From positions 1,216,001 through 1,280,000 of the forward strand of contig OY776215.1 of the NCBI GenBank assembly GCA_963675495.1: a DNA stretch of 64,000 bases, read 5' to 3'. The translations under genes and the position numbers were made by a program. This document shows positions 19,331 through 30,548 of this stretch, in pieces. Each line of letters opens with the position of its first letter. Position 1 is the first letter of the stretch. The notes beneath the pieces were generated by a model. It was not told the DNA's origin, made no database searches, and saw nothing but the letters and a program-made list of their open reading frames with translations. This stretch comes from an uncultured Methanolobus sp. GTDB lineage: Archaea > Halobacteriota > Methanosarcinia > Methanosarcinales > Methanosarcinaceae.

Positions 19331-19864
19331 ATGAGAATTATACTGATATCGGACACGCATTTAGAAACTGACAGTATTCCTGCGTATCTATCTGATGTTT
19401 TCAACCAGTATGACATGATAGTCCATGCTGGAGATTTTGATTCATTATCTTTTTTCAAAGCACTCAATGCTACAGGGAAACTAAAAGCAGTGCATGGAAA
19501 TTCCGACGAACCTGCCGTAAAAGAACTCCTCCCGGAAAAACTCGTCTTTGAAGTAGAAGGAATTAAGATAGGAGTTATTCATGAAGCTGCGCTTTCTATT
19601 GTCGATTACACTGCAACAAGATATATGGCTCTTGAAATGGGAGTAGATGTTCTTGTATTCGGACATCTCCACAGACCAATTATTGAAAAAAGTGATGTTC
19701 TCATTGTTTGTCCGGGATCACCTACAAAACCGAGGATGTCTGATCCATGTGCAGTTGAACTGAAAATTAAAAATGGCTCAATAGAAACAAAGATTATACC
19801 GATAACAGGCCAATCCTGTGGATATATTGACTTTTCCCGCAAACTTGGCGAGGACAGCAAGTAA
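19331..19864 (+). CDS. Metallophosphoesterase (YfcE/MJ0936 family)
   Basis: SDTH, HAGD, GNSD, FGHLH, PGS motifs. Confidence 0.92.
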   Translation: MRIILISDTHLETDSIPAYLSDVFNQYDMIVHAGDFDSLSFFKALNATGKLKAVHGNSDEPAVKELLPEKLVFEVEGIKIGVIHEAALSIVDYTATRYMALEMGVDVLVFGHLHRPIIEKSDVLIVCPGSPTKPRMSDPCAVELKIKNGSIETKIIPITGQSCGYIDFSRKLGEDSK

Positions 19865-19869
19865 TCCAG

Positions 19870-20103
19870 TTAATTCTGACCGTTTAAGGTTTCTGTTTTA
19901 AACATTACACCCGTGCCTTTCAATGTCATCTGGATCTTATCAGTAAATAGAAGGATCTCATCCAGATCAACATTGTTGCCCCAGTCATAAACATAGTCAT
20001 AATTCCCCTGAACTTGTTTGAAACCAAGAGACATAAGACTCCTGTTCACTTCTGAAGGCCTTGAACCGTTGCTGTTAAACCAGAGTACCAGGTAAGTTTT
20101 CAT
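19870..20103 (-). CDS. Small hypothetical protein
   Basis: 77 aa, GGGTG RBS, protein-like composition (LGF..GNYDYVYDW). Confidence 0.7.
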   Translation of the reverse strand: MKTYLVLWFNSNGSRPSEVNRSLMSLGFKQVQGNYDYVYDWGNNVDLDEILLFTDKIQMTLKGTGVMFKTETLNGQN

Positions 20104-20195
20104 ACGACACCCACAGAATTTACAACGCTTGGGTCACATATGGTACTTTTGGTCAGGCAAAAAAGAAAAGGGCAAAATATGCCCTGAAAATGACA

Positions 20196-20762
20196 TCAAT
20201 AACTTTCTTTTAAAGATTGCAACGCCTGCACAACCATTGAAGAATAATGCCTGACATCAGGATTATAGTATTCTTTTGCCCGCTGTGCATTGGCAGATGT
20301 GCCATCAAGAACCTTGAGCCTATCAAGAGTGCATTTTCCGGTTTCTAATACCCACATATCACGAGTCTGGCCATCCACTATATAGAGTGACTCAGGACGC
20401 ACAGAAGTAAGCACATCACCTTCACCTGTAGTATAAGTACTGGGCTTACCAACAACAGCAACGAAAGCAGGAGTCTCACATTCGGCAAGTACCTGAGCAG
20501 CTTCCGGCTGGTATTGACCTGCATATATCAGAAAAGAGCCGGTTGGGTCTGTAACACGACCACGCCAATATTCTGAATCCGTACCAATATCTTCTTTCTC
20601 AATTAGCGTACCGATAATAAATATACGGTTAACCTTCGCACCGGTCGGTGTCAGAAGATACTGTGGAGCATATTGGTCATCCCCATCCTTGAAACTTAGA
20701 TTGGACTCTCTGAACTCCTGAGCAAATATCCTCCTGGCAACTTCCCTTGTATAACCAGACAT
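20196..20762 (-). CDS. RPA-associated OB-fold protein (RPA2/Rpap-like)
   Basis: REVARRIFAQEF, VNRIFIIG, DPTG..YAGQYQPEA, directly downstream of RPA. Confidence 0.85.
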   Translation of the reverse strand: MSGYTREVARRIFAQEFRESNLSFKDGDDQYAPQYLLTPTGAKVNRIFIIGTLIEKEDIGTDSEYWRGRVTDPTGSFLIYAGQYQPEAAQVLAECETPAFVAVVGKPSTYTTGEGDVLTSVRPESLYIVDGQTRDMWVLETGKCTLDRLKVLDGTSANAQRAKEYYNPDVRHYSSMVVQALQSLKESY

Positions 20763-21692
20763 TCAGATCACCTCTGCTGCAGCTATTAATTCATCCAGTT
20801 CAGACTGCTCCAATGAGAACACAGGAGTAATGGACTCTGCAAGAAGATATCTTTCGATCCTTGATCCGCTTACATTGTAGTATTTACCCACTAGTAATTT
20901 TTTCATTTGCTCAAGGACAACTCCCTGATCAAGAGCATCTGCAGCAAGGGCAATTGCATTTTCAAGCGTCATATCAGTAATCTCTTCGACCAGATCCCTT
21001 TTGAGTATAGTATCCTGTATGGAAGCACCATCATCCATAACAGCCTTAATGCGAAGATCATAGACGCCATCCACCTTACCGTGCTCCATGCAGGCTCCCT
21101 TTGTTAATGCACGGTTGCACTCCGGACACCTTTTTATGAGACCTGAACCTGACTGTATGTCCACCATGGCACCTTTGAAATCAACAGTAGTAGTCCCCAC
21201 TTCGATATCTTCATCAAGGGACTCGATGGAGCTGCTCTTATTAACGTTCAACTGGAATTTCCCATTCCACTCATTTACAACTACGTTCCTGAACATGTAG
21301 CTTTTATCTTCTTCAACAAGAGGTGCTGCAGCACTCCCCCACAGTGTGAATTTGATGGTCCCTGTCTCATCCCCTATAAGACCGACTTGCGATATTGATT
21401 CATGAGTGTTGTCCCATAGCTGGACAATCCTTCCCCGGACATTGACCCACTTCCCATCTTCTGTTATGTCAGAAATATTAACCGTTGGTGACTCTGTCTG
21501 GCCGGTGTAAAACTCGCCCCTATTAATATTGTATGATTTTAAAAAGTAGTTAACAACGCTTCTGCGTGCTTCTTCCTTTGGAACCTTGAACTTAGTTATC
21601 ATTTTGTCAAGGCGTTCTTCAATGTCCCCAATAGGGATCTCCACTCCAAGTTCATGGAACCTGGCACTAATTTCCTGTGCTAATTGTTTCAT
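20763..21692 (-). CDS. Replication protein A (OB folds plus CPEC..CMEH Zn finger)
   Basis: GDETGTIKFTLW OB motif, GSGLIKRCPEC, DLRIKAVMDDG. Confidence 0.9.
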   Translation of the reverse strand: MKQLAQEISARFHELGVEIPIGDIEERLDKMITKFKVPKEEARRSVVNYFLKSYNINRGEFYTGQTESPTVNISDITEDGKWVNVRGRIVQLWDNTHESISQVGLIGDETGTIKFTLWGSAAAPLVEEDKSYMFRNVVVNEWNGKFQLNVNKSSSIESLDEDIEVGTTTVDFKGAMVDIQSGSGLIKRCPECNRALTKGACMEHGKVDGVYDLRIKAVMDDGASIQDTILKRDLVEEITDMTLENAIALAADALDQGVVLEQMKKLLVGKYYNVSGSRIERYLLAESITPVFSLEQSELDELIAAAEVI

Positions 21693-21830
21693 AGTTAAAT
21701 CCTCAAGCCTCTTGTTTGTTTCTTCTTGAGAGGCAATTTATCTGTATGCTTCAACCCTATATAATTGAGTTGTGAGCAAGGTGAAAGTAATATATAAATA
21801 AAAAAAGAAGATGTGTGAAAACTATCGAAC

Positions 21831-23666
21831 TCACTTATGCAGGAGATCTACAACTTCCTGTGCAGCACCATCTTCACCAATTACAGTAACAAGATCATCA
21901 TACTCCAGGACAAGGTTGCCATTTGCAATATAAGACTTATCACCCCTCCTGATCATCAGCAACAGGCTGCCCTCAGGAAGTGATAACTCCTTTATGGCTT
22001 TGCCTGCTACCTTGGGATTTGAGACCCTTGCCTCAAGTATCTCTCCTTCCTCCCCGACTTCACACATGGAAAACATAGAGGGTTTTCCGACCATGTTATC
22101 CAGAACAAGAGCTGTGGTCATCTGAGGACTCATTGAACGTATAGAGAGATCCCAGAATGCATGCAGATTCTCAACATTGTTGACCCTTGCAACTACCTGG
22201 TCTTCCTTCAGGTTAAACTTACTCTTTGCTATCTGAGATACCAGAAGATTCGTATTGTCCTGGTCAGTGGTGGCAACTATGTACTTGGCCTTTTCTATTC
22301 CTGCTGCCTTAAGAACATTAATGTCCTCGGCATCACCGTGAATCACACGTATACCCTGTTTTAGCAGCCGCTGGCATCTGGCCTCGGAACTGTCCACTAC
22401 AACTACATTCTCGCCTCGCTTTTCAAATCTCTCGGCCAGGATCTTCCCGACCTCTCCGCCTCCGATAATAAGGATTTCCATAGGTATAACTCCTAAAAGA
22501 TTGGCTACTCTTCTTGCTAAAGTGCCGGTTGTTATGACTGTAATGATAACGGTCAGAAATACCAGTCCAACCAGCATCTGACCACCCAGTATATTGAAAG
22601 AATCCAGTTTAATGGCAAAATAGGTTGCAATGGATGCTGGTACAACACCTCTTGGACCAATGAATGAAATAAACAATTTCTCATTCCTTTTAAGACGAGA
22701 GTTTACCGTTGAACCAAATACAGCCAGAGGACGTACCAAAACGATCAATAACAAGACAACTATGATCCCGTTTAGCCCAATACCGATTATATCCTCGAAT
22801 TTGAGCATGGCTGCAAGAAGTATAAAAATTATAGACAGCATTAACATCACAAGATCTGATTTGAATTCTTTTAGAGCCTGTTTGTGAGGAATACTGGAGG
22901 TACCAGTAACGATCCCAAAAACTGCAACTGCAAGAATACCAGACTCATTGCCTAATAACTCAGACGCAACATAAGTGGTTATTACCATCGTTAAAGTAAA
23001 TAGTCTGGCAGTCTGGTCAGTCACAAGGGAACCGCTTGAAAGAAAACGTTTCAGGATATGACCACTGGCCATACCCAGGGCAATACCTATAACAAGTCTC
23101 TGGAGTATGAAAAGAACGGCATTGAATCCAGTTAGCTGCGAAACTATCCACTCGAACATAAATGCTGCAAGGATGACGCTGGCTGCGTCATTAAAAACAC
23201 CTTCTATTTCAAGAATCTTACTAACTTTGTGATTCACATGTATGTTTCGCACAAGTGGTGTGATAACAGTAGGACCGGTTGCGGCTACCAGAGCTCCGAA
23301 AAGTGCTGCAAGCTTCAAGGGAACAGCTAACATAAAATATGTCACAAGCGTCGCACCGGCGAATGTGATCAGTACACCAATTGTCGTGAGCTTTAAAGCA
23401 GTCTTCTGTATAGGTCTGATACTCTTAACATCAATGTGAAGACCACCATCAAAAACAATCACTGCAACTGACAGGGATACAATGGCAGTAAGCCCATCAC
23501 CGAACATACGCGGATCTATAAAATTCAGCACTTCTGGCCCAACAAGTATCCCTTCCAGTAGGAGGAACATAATAACAGGCACTTTAAAGTGTTTGCTAAG
23601 TGTCTGGGCAATCATGCTCATAAAAAGCACAGAAACCACAATTTCCAGAAGATGTATCGAATCCAC
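21831..23666 (-). CDS. NhaP-type cation:proton antiporter with RCK_N/RCK_C (TrkA) domains
   Basis: ATGPTV, EGVFNDA, GPRGVV, GGGEVG Rossmann motif, C-terminal TrkA-C. GTG start after GGAG. Confidence 0.9.
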   Translation of the reverse strand: MDSIHLLEIVVSVLFMSMIAQTLSKHFKVPVIMFLLLEGILVGPEVLNFIDPRMFGDGLTAIVSLSVAVIVFDGGLHIDVKSIRPIQKTALKLTTIGVLITFAGATLVTYFMLAVPLKLAALFGALVAATGPTVITPLVRNIHVNHKVSKILEIEGVFNDAASVILAAFMFEWIVSQLTGFNAVLFILQRLVIGIALGMASGHILKRFLSSGSLVTDQTARLFTLTMVITTYVASELLGNESGILAVAVFGIVTGTSSIPHKQALKEFKSDLVMLMLSIIFILLAAMLKFEDIIGIGLNGIIVVLLLIVLVRPLAVFGSTVNSRLKRNEKLFISFIGPRGVVPASIATYFAIKLDSFNILGGQMLVGLVFLTVIITVITTGTLARRVANLLGVIPMEILIIGGGEVGKILAERFEKRGENVVVVDSSEARCQRLLKQGIRVIHGDAEDINVLKAAGIEKAKYIVATTDQDNTNLLVSQIAKSKFNLKEDQVVARVNNVENLHAFWDLSIRSMSPQMTTALVLDNMVGKPSMFSMCEVGEEGEILEARVSNPKVAGKAIKELSLPEGSLLLMIRRGDKSYIANGNLVLEYDDLVTVIGEDGAAQEVVDLLHK

Positions 23667-23978
23667 AGCTATACTCCTTTGGTATAAAAAATAATGTTCA
23701 CATAATTTTAATATAAGCTCTATGTATTTTAGTAATCCCATGGCATTATAGATATAAAACCCTAATGCAGGGAATAAAACATAATTATGGAAAAAAATGA
23801 TGCAGTATTATAATAACATAACAATTCACCATACATAAAAGAGTATTTTTCAAGAGAATTAATTCAACATTAAAACTTCCCCTTGTAATCACACAATAAT
23901 TAAAATAGAAAAACATGATTAAGGATAGGTAGGAAACAAAACGCTTATTAAACAATATTTTAAACTCGAGTGATTAAA

Positions 23979-24902
23979 ATGGTCTTAATAAAAGAAGAAG
24001 ACGTAAAAGTTCCATTAGATGTGCCGCAGGAAGCACGTGAGACATACATTAAGAATTACATGGAGATTACCCGAAACACTGGCAGATTGATGCTTTTCGC
24101 AGGTGATCAGAAAGTCGAACATCTTAATGATGATTTTTTTGGAGAAGGCATACCCTCGGACGACAATGACCCTGAGCACCTTTTCAGAATAGCTGCAAAC
24201 TCAAATATCGGAGTCTTTGCTACACAGATGGGTCTTATCGCCAGGTATGGAATGGACTATGCTGACATACCATATCTTGTTAAAGTCAACTCCAAATCCC
24301 ATCTTGTGAAAACAAAGCAGGATGACCCATTCAGTAACCAGTGGTATGATATGGAGCAGGTGGCCCAGTTCCGCGATAATAGTGGCCTTAAGATCATGGG
24401 AATCGGATACACCATATACCTTGGGAGTGCCTATGAAGCTGATATGTTCCAGCAAGCTGCACAAATGATATATGAGGCACACAAGTATGGAATGATAACG
24501 GTACTCTGGATATATCCAAGAGGAGAAGCTGTACAAAATGAAAAGGACCCACATCTCATTGCAGGTGCCACAGGTGTAGGAGCATGCCTTAATGCAGACT
24601 TTGTGAAGGTGAACTATCCAAAAGCTGAAGGAATGAAAACCGAAGAAGCATTCAAAGAAGCAGTCCTTGCAGCAGGAAGGACAAAGGTTGTTTGCGCAGG
24701 TGGTTCCAGTGATGATCCGCAAGCTTTCCTTAAGAAACTCCATACACAGATACATGTCAGTGGTGCAGAGGGTAATGCAACAGGAAGGAATATACACCAG
24801 AGACCACTGGATGAAGCTCTCAGGTTATGTAACGCCATCTATGCAATCACTATTGAGAATGCCTCTGTTGAAGATGCATTCAAGATATACAAAGGCGAAT
24901 AA
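23979..24902 (+). CDS. Class I (DhnA-type) aldolase, probable fructose-bisphosphate aldolase
   Basis: GDQKVEH, WIYPRG, ADFVKVNYP Schiff-base Lys, AGG, GRNIHQ. Confidence 0.85.
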   Translation: MVLIKEEDVKVPLDVPQEARETYIKNYMEITRNTGRLMLFAGDQKVEHLNDDFFGEGIPSDDNDPEHLFRIAANSNIGVFATQMGLIARYGMDYADIPYLVKVNSKSHLVKTKQDDPFSNQWYDMEQVAQFRDNSGLKIMGIGYTIYLGSAYEADMFQQAAQMIYEAHKYGMITVLWIYPRGEAVQNEKDPHLIAGATGVGACLNADFVKVNYPKAEGMKTEEAFKEAVLAAGRTKVVCAGGSSDDPQAFLKKLHTQIHVSGAEGNATGRNIHQRPLDEALRLCNAIYAITIENASVEDAFKIYKGE

Positions 24903-24915
24903 TTTGTATTTAGAA

Positions 24916-24951
24916 GGTGCATTGGTTTGATAATGCACCCTTTCCTTTTTG
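24916..24951 (+). terminator. Hairpin plus pyrimidine tract
   Basis: GGTGCATT-N8-AATGCACC followed by CTTTCCTTTTT. Confidence 0.6.
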
Positions 24952-25129
24952 ATTTCACTTATCTTTTTTGATTTTAATTGAATTCACAGTTACCTGACAG
25001 GTTATCCGGAAGTCTAAAAATAATGTGTTGTGATGATAAATTAATAATAACCAGAATCAAAAGGCAGGTTTCGAACTGATAAAAAAAGAAGATTTCAGGT
25101 GCTTGCAAGAACAAACACCATATTAATCA

Positions 25130-25717
25130 TCATTTACATGAGCAATCAAAATCGAATCCCAATAGAAAAGTACCGGTTCCATGGAGATTGTCAAGTCCCA
25201 TCTTTTCCTTGAGGTACTCATCACTTGGAGGAGAAGGAGATGCTAGCACTGCATTACAAACCTTATCCACACATTCCACTTCTTCACATGGCTTAGGCGG
25301 CAATACAACTATCAATGGATTGTTCTTGGCATCCATTTTTTTGAGTACACTTGTGTCATATATAACAATGTTACCAATAACAAGTTTATCCTTGCAGGTT
25401 TTCATTTCCTCAAGTTTTGCCTCATCATCAAGGTCCTGACCCACAACACATTCATTGTGCATTAGAATAACATTAGGGCCTTCGGGCCAGTTGAAATCCA
25501 TATTCGTAGTAAAAGCAAAGATAACGTCATTCTTCAGAACTGTTTTTACACCTTTATTATCGCCCCGGCCAAGCCCCATCAGAGTCATCTCATCAGCTTT
25601 TTTCTCAAGCTCCCTGATAATTTCCCGATCATCTTCATTAAGCAGAAGCGTATTTCCTACACCCTTCATACTGATGATACTGTTTTTTACATTTTCTATT
25701 ATCTCATCATGTTCCAT
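25130..25717 (-). CDS. Hypothetical protein
   Basis: 195-aa ORF with AGGT RBS, no recognised motif. Confidence 0.7.
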   Translation of the reverse strand: MEHDEIIENVKNSIISMKGVGNTLLLNEDDREIIRELEKKADEMTLMGLGRGDNKGVKTVLKNDVIFAFTTNMDFNWPEGPNVILMHNECVVGQDLDDEAKLEEMKTCKDKLVIGNIVIYDTSVLKKMDAKNNPLIVVLPPKPCEEVECVDKVCNAVLASPSPPSDEYLKEKMGLDNLHGTGTFLLGFDFDCSCK

Positions 25718-25836
25718 GAATTAACCTTCTTTGATAAAATGTACATTTAATGTGTTGAATTACTTATCAGGTCTAATATTTTTGCATATTTAAGTATGTC
25801 GCATACAAAAACACATTCGAAATCAAATCAACCCAT

Positions 25837-26721
25837 TCAATGTATAACTTTGAAAAAGCCTGCCTTTGGCTCATATATGTGCCCTTTTGATAACAAGGAT
25901 TTCAACGTTGAATCAGCAATTTTCTCAGGAACACCTTTGGAACCTGCTTTTTCAATATAGTTCAAATAATCAAAACCACTTCCATCATCTATGCTTTCAA
26001 GAAGAGATTGGATCACATGTTCGTAATCAGGCTCTTTCTCCTGCTGTCCAGATGACTTCTTAATGGTGCAAAGTGCTTGTTTGATAACATTTTTTAAGGA
26101 ATCATAGTATTCCTTATCCTTGTGATAATAATCTAGTGAAAGACACATACCACTTGCAAGTGTCTGAGGAATATTACATGCCGACATCCTGTCAGCAATC
26201 TTTTCGCCTCCAACTCCTGAAGAGAAGAATCTGTCAAATGCATCCAGACGATCAAGAGTCATTTCCGCAGTGTCTGCTATCCACCTGTCACGCACTGACT
26301 CATCTACATAATTGATCTCCTCCGGACGCAAGGAAACATAAACAGAGCCATCTCCTGGCTCGTATGAACGAACCTTGCCAAGAACCATTACATACGAAGG
26401 CACGCTTACAGTTGAAAGGAAGAGTGAAGCTTCAGGCTGGTAACTACCTGCGTAGACTGTAAAAGCACCGGTTGGATCAGATATACGTGCCCTCCATATT
26501 TCTTTTTCACTGCCGGCCTGATCTGATAGCCTGTCCACTTCTGTGACCACACCCACCACAAAAACCCTGTTAACTTTCAGTCCTGTAGGACTTATGATAA
26601 AATTTGGAGAATAAATATCCTGATTTCCAGATGAAGAGGAATTTGAATTAGAATACAAATTAAAACGGGAATCATTGAATTCCTTGGCAAACATCCTGTG
26701 TGCCACTTCTCGCTCAATCAT
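25837..26721 (-). CDS. RPA-associated OB-fold protein with C-terminal wHTH (RPA32-like)
   Basis: REVAHRMFAKEF, DPTG..YAGSYQPEA, C-terminal LLSKGHIYEP. Confidence 0.85.
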   Translation of the reverse strand: MIEREVAHRMFAKEFNDSRFNLYSNSNSSSSGNQDIYSPNFIISPTGLKVNRVFVVGVVTEVDRLSDQAGSEKEIWRARISDPTGAFTVYAGSYQPEASLFLSTVSVPSYVMVLGKVRSYEPGDGSVYVSLRPEEINYVDESVRDRWIADTAEMTLDRLDAFDRFFSSGVGGEKIADRMSACNIPQTLASGMCLSLDYYHKDKEYYDSLKNVIKQALCTIKKSSGQQEKEPDYEHVIQSLLESIDDGSGFDYLNYIEKAGSKGVPEKIADSTLKSLLSKGHIYEPKAGFFKVIH

Positions 26722-28028
26722 TGATCATCACATCCACTGCCAATCTTTTCCAGAAGTTGAACTACACGATCCTGAAGGTCATCATCCGTAACCCAGACTG
26801 ATTTGGCAACAAGTGACACTCCAAATTCGTTCTTTGAAGAATTACCCCGGGCTGTGACACATTTACCAGTCAATACTTTTCTCATATCTGTAAATACAGC
26901 ATCATTGGAAATTGAACCCTGTGCCATAGTTTCCACATCATGCATGCTTTTTCCATAAATTGCCTCGGAGAGTTCACGGTTAAGCATCAAATGAACAGCT
27001 CCCGTACCATCATCAAGAATTGCCTTAATGCGCATATCCACCATGCATTCCACTTCACCATGTGAACGACAGACAGATTTTTGCGTAACACGGTTGCATA
27101 CAGGACATCTTTCGATAAGACCAGAACCTGGCCTGATGGAAATGAGATTCCCCCTGACAGTTACATCGAAAATACCCTCTTTTTCAAGAATCTGTTGGAT
27201 AGCTACGGGAGAATTGGCTTTATTTACAGATTCCATTGTAAATGGCAGATCATCTGAAGACTTCACCAGTTCAATAGAAGTGGTCTCACTGAAATTGATG
27301 GATGGCAACCCCCTGAATATCCTTACAGCAGCGCCTTCAAAACGAATATAGTCACCAATATCAAGTTTTCCCAACGAAACCCAAGCTGTAAATGGAAGCT
27401 TTGCACTGTCATCTGCAATGACGCCTTCTACTACAGTTACTTCCTGGCCTTTAAGCATTATTTCCCTGTGATACATCTCAACAATGAGAACCACAGAACT
27501 TGCAAGCACATCTGCAGGAACTATCTCAGCAAGTTTCTTGATATTGGAATGGGATATCAGCTCAATATCAGGGAGGTCACTATCCTGCAAATGTGTAATT
27601 GCAGACCTTTTTCCAAAATACAGTTCCGGACGGTTATTCCACAGCCGGGTGTATGCATTTTTGATCATAATAGCATCCCCGGACCGTAAAGACATATCAT
27701 CCCAACATGTAAAAGAACATATACCAGTCCCATCGCCCAGAGTTCCTGAAAATATTGTTTTCTGCTCACCCTGTATAGATACTGTTTTTTCAATAATATC
27801 AAGAATACGACCTTTGATCTCAATTCCATTCAACCCAGGAGAAAGATCTTTTACTTTTACAGAATTAGAAGAAACGGATACATATTTGGTTTTCAGGATT
27901 CTTTTCGCCTCATCAAGAGGAACACGGTATTTAAGGAGTTTTTCCAGTTCCTTGCTGATCTCCTCTTTGCTTATATTTCCAAGCGCCATGGTTAATTCGT
28001 CTATGTGTGGCGCAATTTTCTCGTCCAT
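26718..28028 (-). CDS. Replication protein A (multi-OB, CPVC..CRSH Zn finger)
   Basis: GDGTG..FTCW, ADDSAKLPFTAW, GSGLIERCPVC, RIKAILDDG. Confidence 0.9.
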   Translation of the reverse strand: MDEKIAPHIDELTMALGNISKEEISKELEKLLKYRVPLDEAKRILKTKYVSVSSNSVKVKDLSPGLNGIEIKGRILDIIEKTVSIQGEQKTIFSGTLGDGTGICSFTCWDDMSLRSGDAIMIKNAYTRLWNNRPELYFGKRSAITHLQDSDLPDIELISHSNIKKLAEIVPADVLASSVVLIVEMYHREIMLKGQEVTVVEGVIADDSAKLPFTAWVSLGKLDIGDYIRFEGAAVRIFRGLPSINFSETTSIELVKSSDDLPFTMESVNKANSPVAIQQILEKEGIFDVTVRGNLISIRPGSGLIERCPVCNRVTQKSVCRSHGEVECMVDMRIKAILDDGTGAVHLMLNRELSEAIYGKSMHDVETMAQGSISNDAVFTDMRKVLTGKCVTARGNSSKNEFGVSLVAKSVWVTDDDLQDRVVQLLEKIGSGCDDQ

Positions 28029-28234
28029 ATGGAGTCTCCATTGTTCAAAGTAATTAATATTCTATTTCCTGATTGGCAATAAAGATAACCTTATCACAAA
28101 AGCATTTGAGCTTGCGATCAAATACTGGAAATGTTTAAGGATTATCAGACAGCATAGTTTAAATGGGATAATGTTAGAAGCCTTAAAGAGCAAATATTAT
28201 GCCTGAATTCAAATAAAATGGGGAGTATGGAAAA

Positions 28235-28669
28235 ATGCCAAAACTTGCAATCGTATACCTTAGCACACAAGGAAGCACAAAAATGATGGCCGAAGCCATT
28301 GCAAAAGGTGCACGTGAAAAACATGTGGATGTCGACATCGATAACTTCTATGAGTGGGATCCTGCAGACATAAGCAATTATGATGCTATTTGTATTGGTT
28401 CTTCAACATTCTATTATACTATGCTGGACCCAATTGCCAAATTCATAGACAATATCATAGAAACAGGCATCGATGGAAAAATCGGCGCTGCATTTGGTTC
28501 TTACGGCTGGAGCGGAGAAGCACCTGTTCAAATCGCTGAGAGACTAAGAAAGGCGGGAGTAGATGTTATAGACCCGGTACTAAGAATTCAGTATGTTCCA
28601 AATGAAAAAGACCTCTCAGAGTGTGTAAGACTTGGGAAGGACCTTGCAAAAAAGATGAAAAAGAAATGA
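28235..28669 (+). CDS. Flavodoxin
   Basis: STQGSTKMMA FMN loop, GSSTF, AFGSYGWSGEA. Confidence 0.9.
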   Translation: MPKLAIVYLSTQGSTKMMAEAIAKGAREKHVDVDIDNFYEWDPADISNYDAICIGSSTFYYTMLDPIAKFIDNIIETGIDGKIGAAFGSYGWSGEAPVQIAERLRKAGVDVIDPVLRIQYVPNEKDLSECVRLGKDLAKKMKKK

Positions 28670-28825
28670 TTTTAAAAATCAAATGCAAGGAAAATAACCT
28701 CTATTCAGCCAAAACCGATTCATCACATATTGAAAATCTATTAATAAACTATTTATAGTTTATTTTGCTAATTAAGTGATGAAATTGAATTAGATTTAAA
28801 ATACAAGACACATATGAGGATATTT

Positions 28826-29038
28826 ATGACAATAATACCATTTGCACCTATTGAGAGAGTTATAAGAAATGCAGGAGCACAAAGAGTTAGTGAATCAGCC
28901 GGTATGGAGCTAACTGAGATTCTGGAAGAATTTGGACTTGAAATATCCAGAGAAGCTATCAAGCTCGCTGAGCATGCTGGCAGAAAAACTGTGAAAGCTG
29001 AGGATATCAAACTCGCAAAAGAGATGTTGGGTAAATAA
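28826..29038 (+). CDS. Archaeal histone (HMf family)
   Basis: PFAPIERVIRNAGAQRVS..AEHAGRKTVKAEDIKLA. GAGG before MTII. Confidence 0.95.
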   Translation: MTIIPFAPIERVIRNAGAQRVSESAGMELTEILEEFGLEISREAIKLAEHAGRKTVKAEDIKLAKEMLGK

Positions 29039-29085
29039 ATACCCATTTATTTTTCCTTTCAAATTTCTATGATGTGCTAAAAGAA

Positions 29086-29589
29086 TCATATTAGGTCTAA
29101 AAGACCTATTCCGGTCAGTGTGACAACACTGACTATAATCCCGGCTATAAGCACACCTGCAAGTATTGCAAGTATTGCATGCCTGAATTTGATTCCGAAA
29201 ACAAAGGCCGCCGCGCATCCGGTCCATGCACCTGTAACAGGTAATGGGATTGCTACAAATATCGTCAGCGCAAGAGTACCATATTTTTCAAATCTCTCTG
29301 AGTGGTTACGCTGAGTTCTTGTAAATAACCAGGAGAAAAATTTATCAAATATTCGATACCTTCGGAGATAGTTCGAAACCGGGTCCAGATACAGAAGCAA
29401 CGGAACCACAGGTACCATATTACCCAGCACTGCAAAAAAGTAGGCAGTAACCGGATTCATATTATATATACCCAAAGCAATGGGTATGGCTCCCCTTAAC
29501 TCAAACACAGGCAGGGCACCGATTATAACCGTTGCAAACCAGTGAGGTACCGAAGAAAGCAACTCCAGTACCAGTACTTCAAGGCTCAC
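29086..29589 (-). CDS. Putative small multidrug export membrane protein (COG2426)
   Basis: [24 protein letters not shown]. Confidence 0.85.
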   Translation of the reverse strand: MSLEVLVLELLSSVPHWFATVIIGALPVFELRGAIPIALGIYNMNPVTAYFFAVLGNMVPVVPLLLYLDPVSNYLRRYRIFDKFFSWLFTRTQRNHSERFEKYGTLALTIFVAIPLPVTGAWTGCAAAFVFGIKFRHAILAILAGVLIAGIIVSVVTLTGIGLLDLI

Positions 29590-30548
29590 TGAGATTCCTT
29601 CCCAGATAGTGCAAAGTGCGCCAGCAGGGATTCAAGCTGTATTCTCTCATTTGCCCCTTCTGTTAGCCGGAAGTCGATCTCACCGATGACATCTATAAGT
29701 TCGACCATTCTTTTTTCAGGGATATCAATCTCAAACATGGCTCTGTATATCTGTCCGACCACGTCCTCACCTGAAAGACCCTGCTCAAGCAGAAGAACAT
29801 CAAGATGTTTCCTGGCAGCACTGAAATTACCTTCCAGAGCAGTTTCAATAAGTTCTCGTACTTGCTCCGGACGGGCTGTTGCAGTGATCTTGTATATTGC
29901 ATCCTTATGGATAGTATCTTCAACAAGGGCTGCAGCCTGAAGGGCATTTATCGCTTTTCTCATGTCACCCTGAGCAATGTATTTGATGGCATCCACACCA
30001 TCGTCTGCGATATCCAGACCTTCATTCTGTGCCACAAAGCGAACGCGTTCAGCAACAGCATCATCAGAGAGAGGACGGAACCTGTAAACAGCACATCTGG
30101 ACTGGATCGGTTCGATTATCTTGGATGAATAATTACATGAAAGAATGAAACGACAGTTATTGGTGTAGCGTTCCATGGTACGCCGCAGAGCTGACTGGGC
30201 ATCTGAGGTCAGGGCATCAGCTTCATCGAGGAAAATGACTTTGAAATCTGCACCTCCGATAGGTGTTGTTTTTGCAAAATTCTTGATCTTTGTCCTGACA
30301 ACATCAATCCCTCGTTCATCGGAAGCATTGAGTTCTGTGAAGTTCTCACGCCATGAATCTCCAAAAAGCTCACGTGCAATGGATACTGAAGTTGCCGTCT
30401 TCCCAACTCCCGGAGGACCTGAGAAAAGAAGATGTGGAAGGTTTCTCGTTTTTATGTACGATTTAAGCCTTTCTACAGCCTCTTTCTGGCCAACCACGTC
30501 ATCGAGCTTAAAGGGCCTATACTTTTCAATCCATATCTCTTCTTTAAT
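29586..30548 (-). CDS. rfcS: Replication factor C small subunit (start proposed at ATT 30548; ORF track uses TTG 30584)
   Basis: [32 protein letters not shown] motifs. No intein. Confidence 0.95.
   Translation of the reverse strand: MKEEIWIEKYRPFKLDDVVGQKEAVERLKSYIKTRNLPHLLFSGPPGVGKTATSVSIARELFGDSWRENFTELNASDERGIDVVRTKIKNFAKTTPIGGADFKVIFLDEADALTSDAQSALRRTMERYTNNCRFILSCNYSSKIIEPIQSRCAVYRFRPLSDDAVAERVRFVAQNEGLDIADDGVDAIKYIAQGDMRKAINALQAAALVEDTIHKDAIYKITATARPEQVRELIETALEGNFSAARKHLDVLLLEQGLSGEDVVGQIYRAMFEIDIPEKRMVELIDVIGEIDFRLTEGANERIQLESLLAHFALSGKESQ

Noticed and set aside
29586-30548. Intein in rfcS
   Set aside because: Normal length and continuous motifs after Walker A
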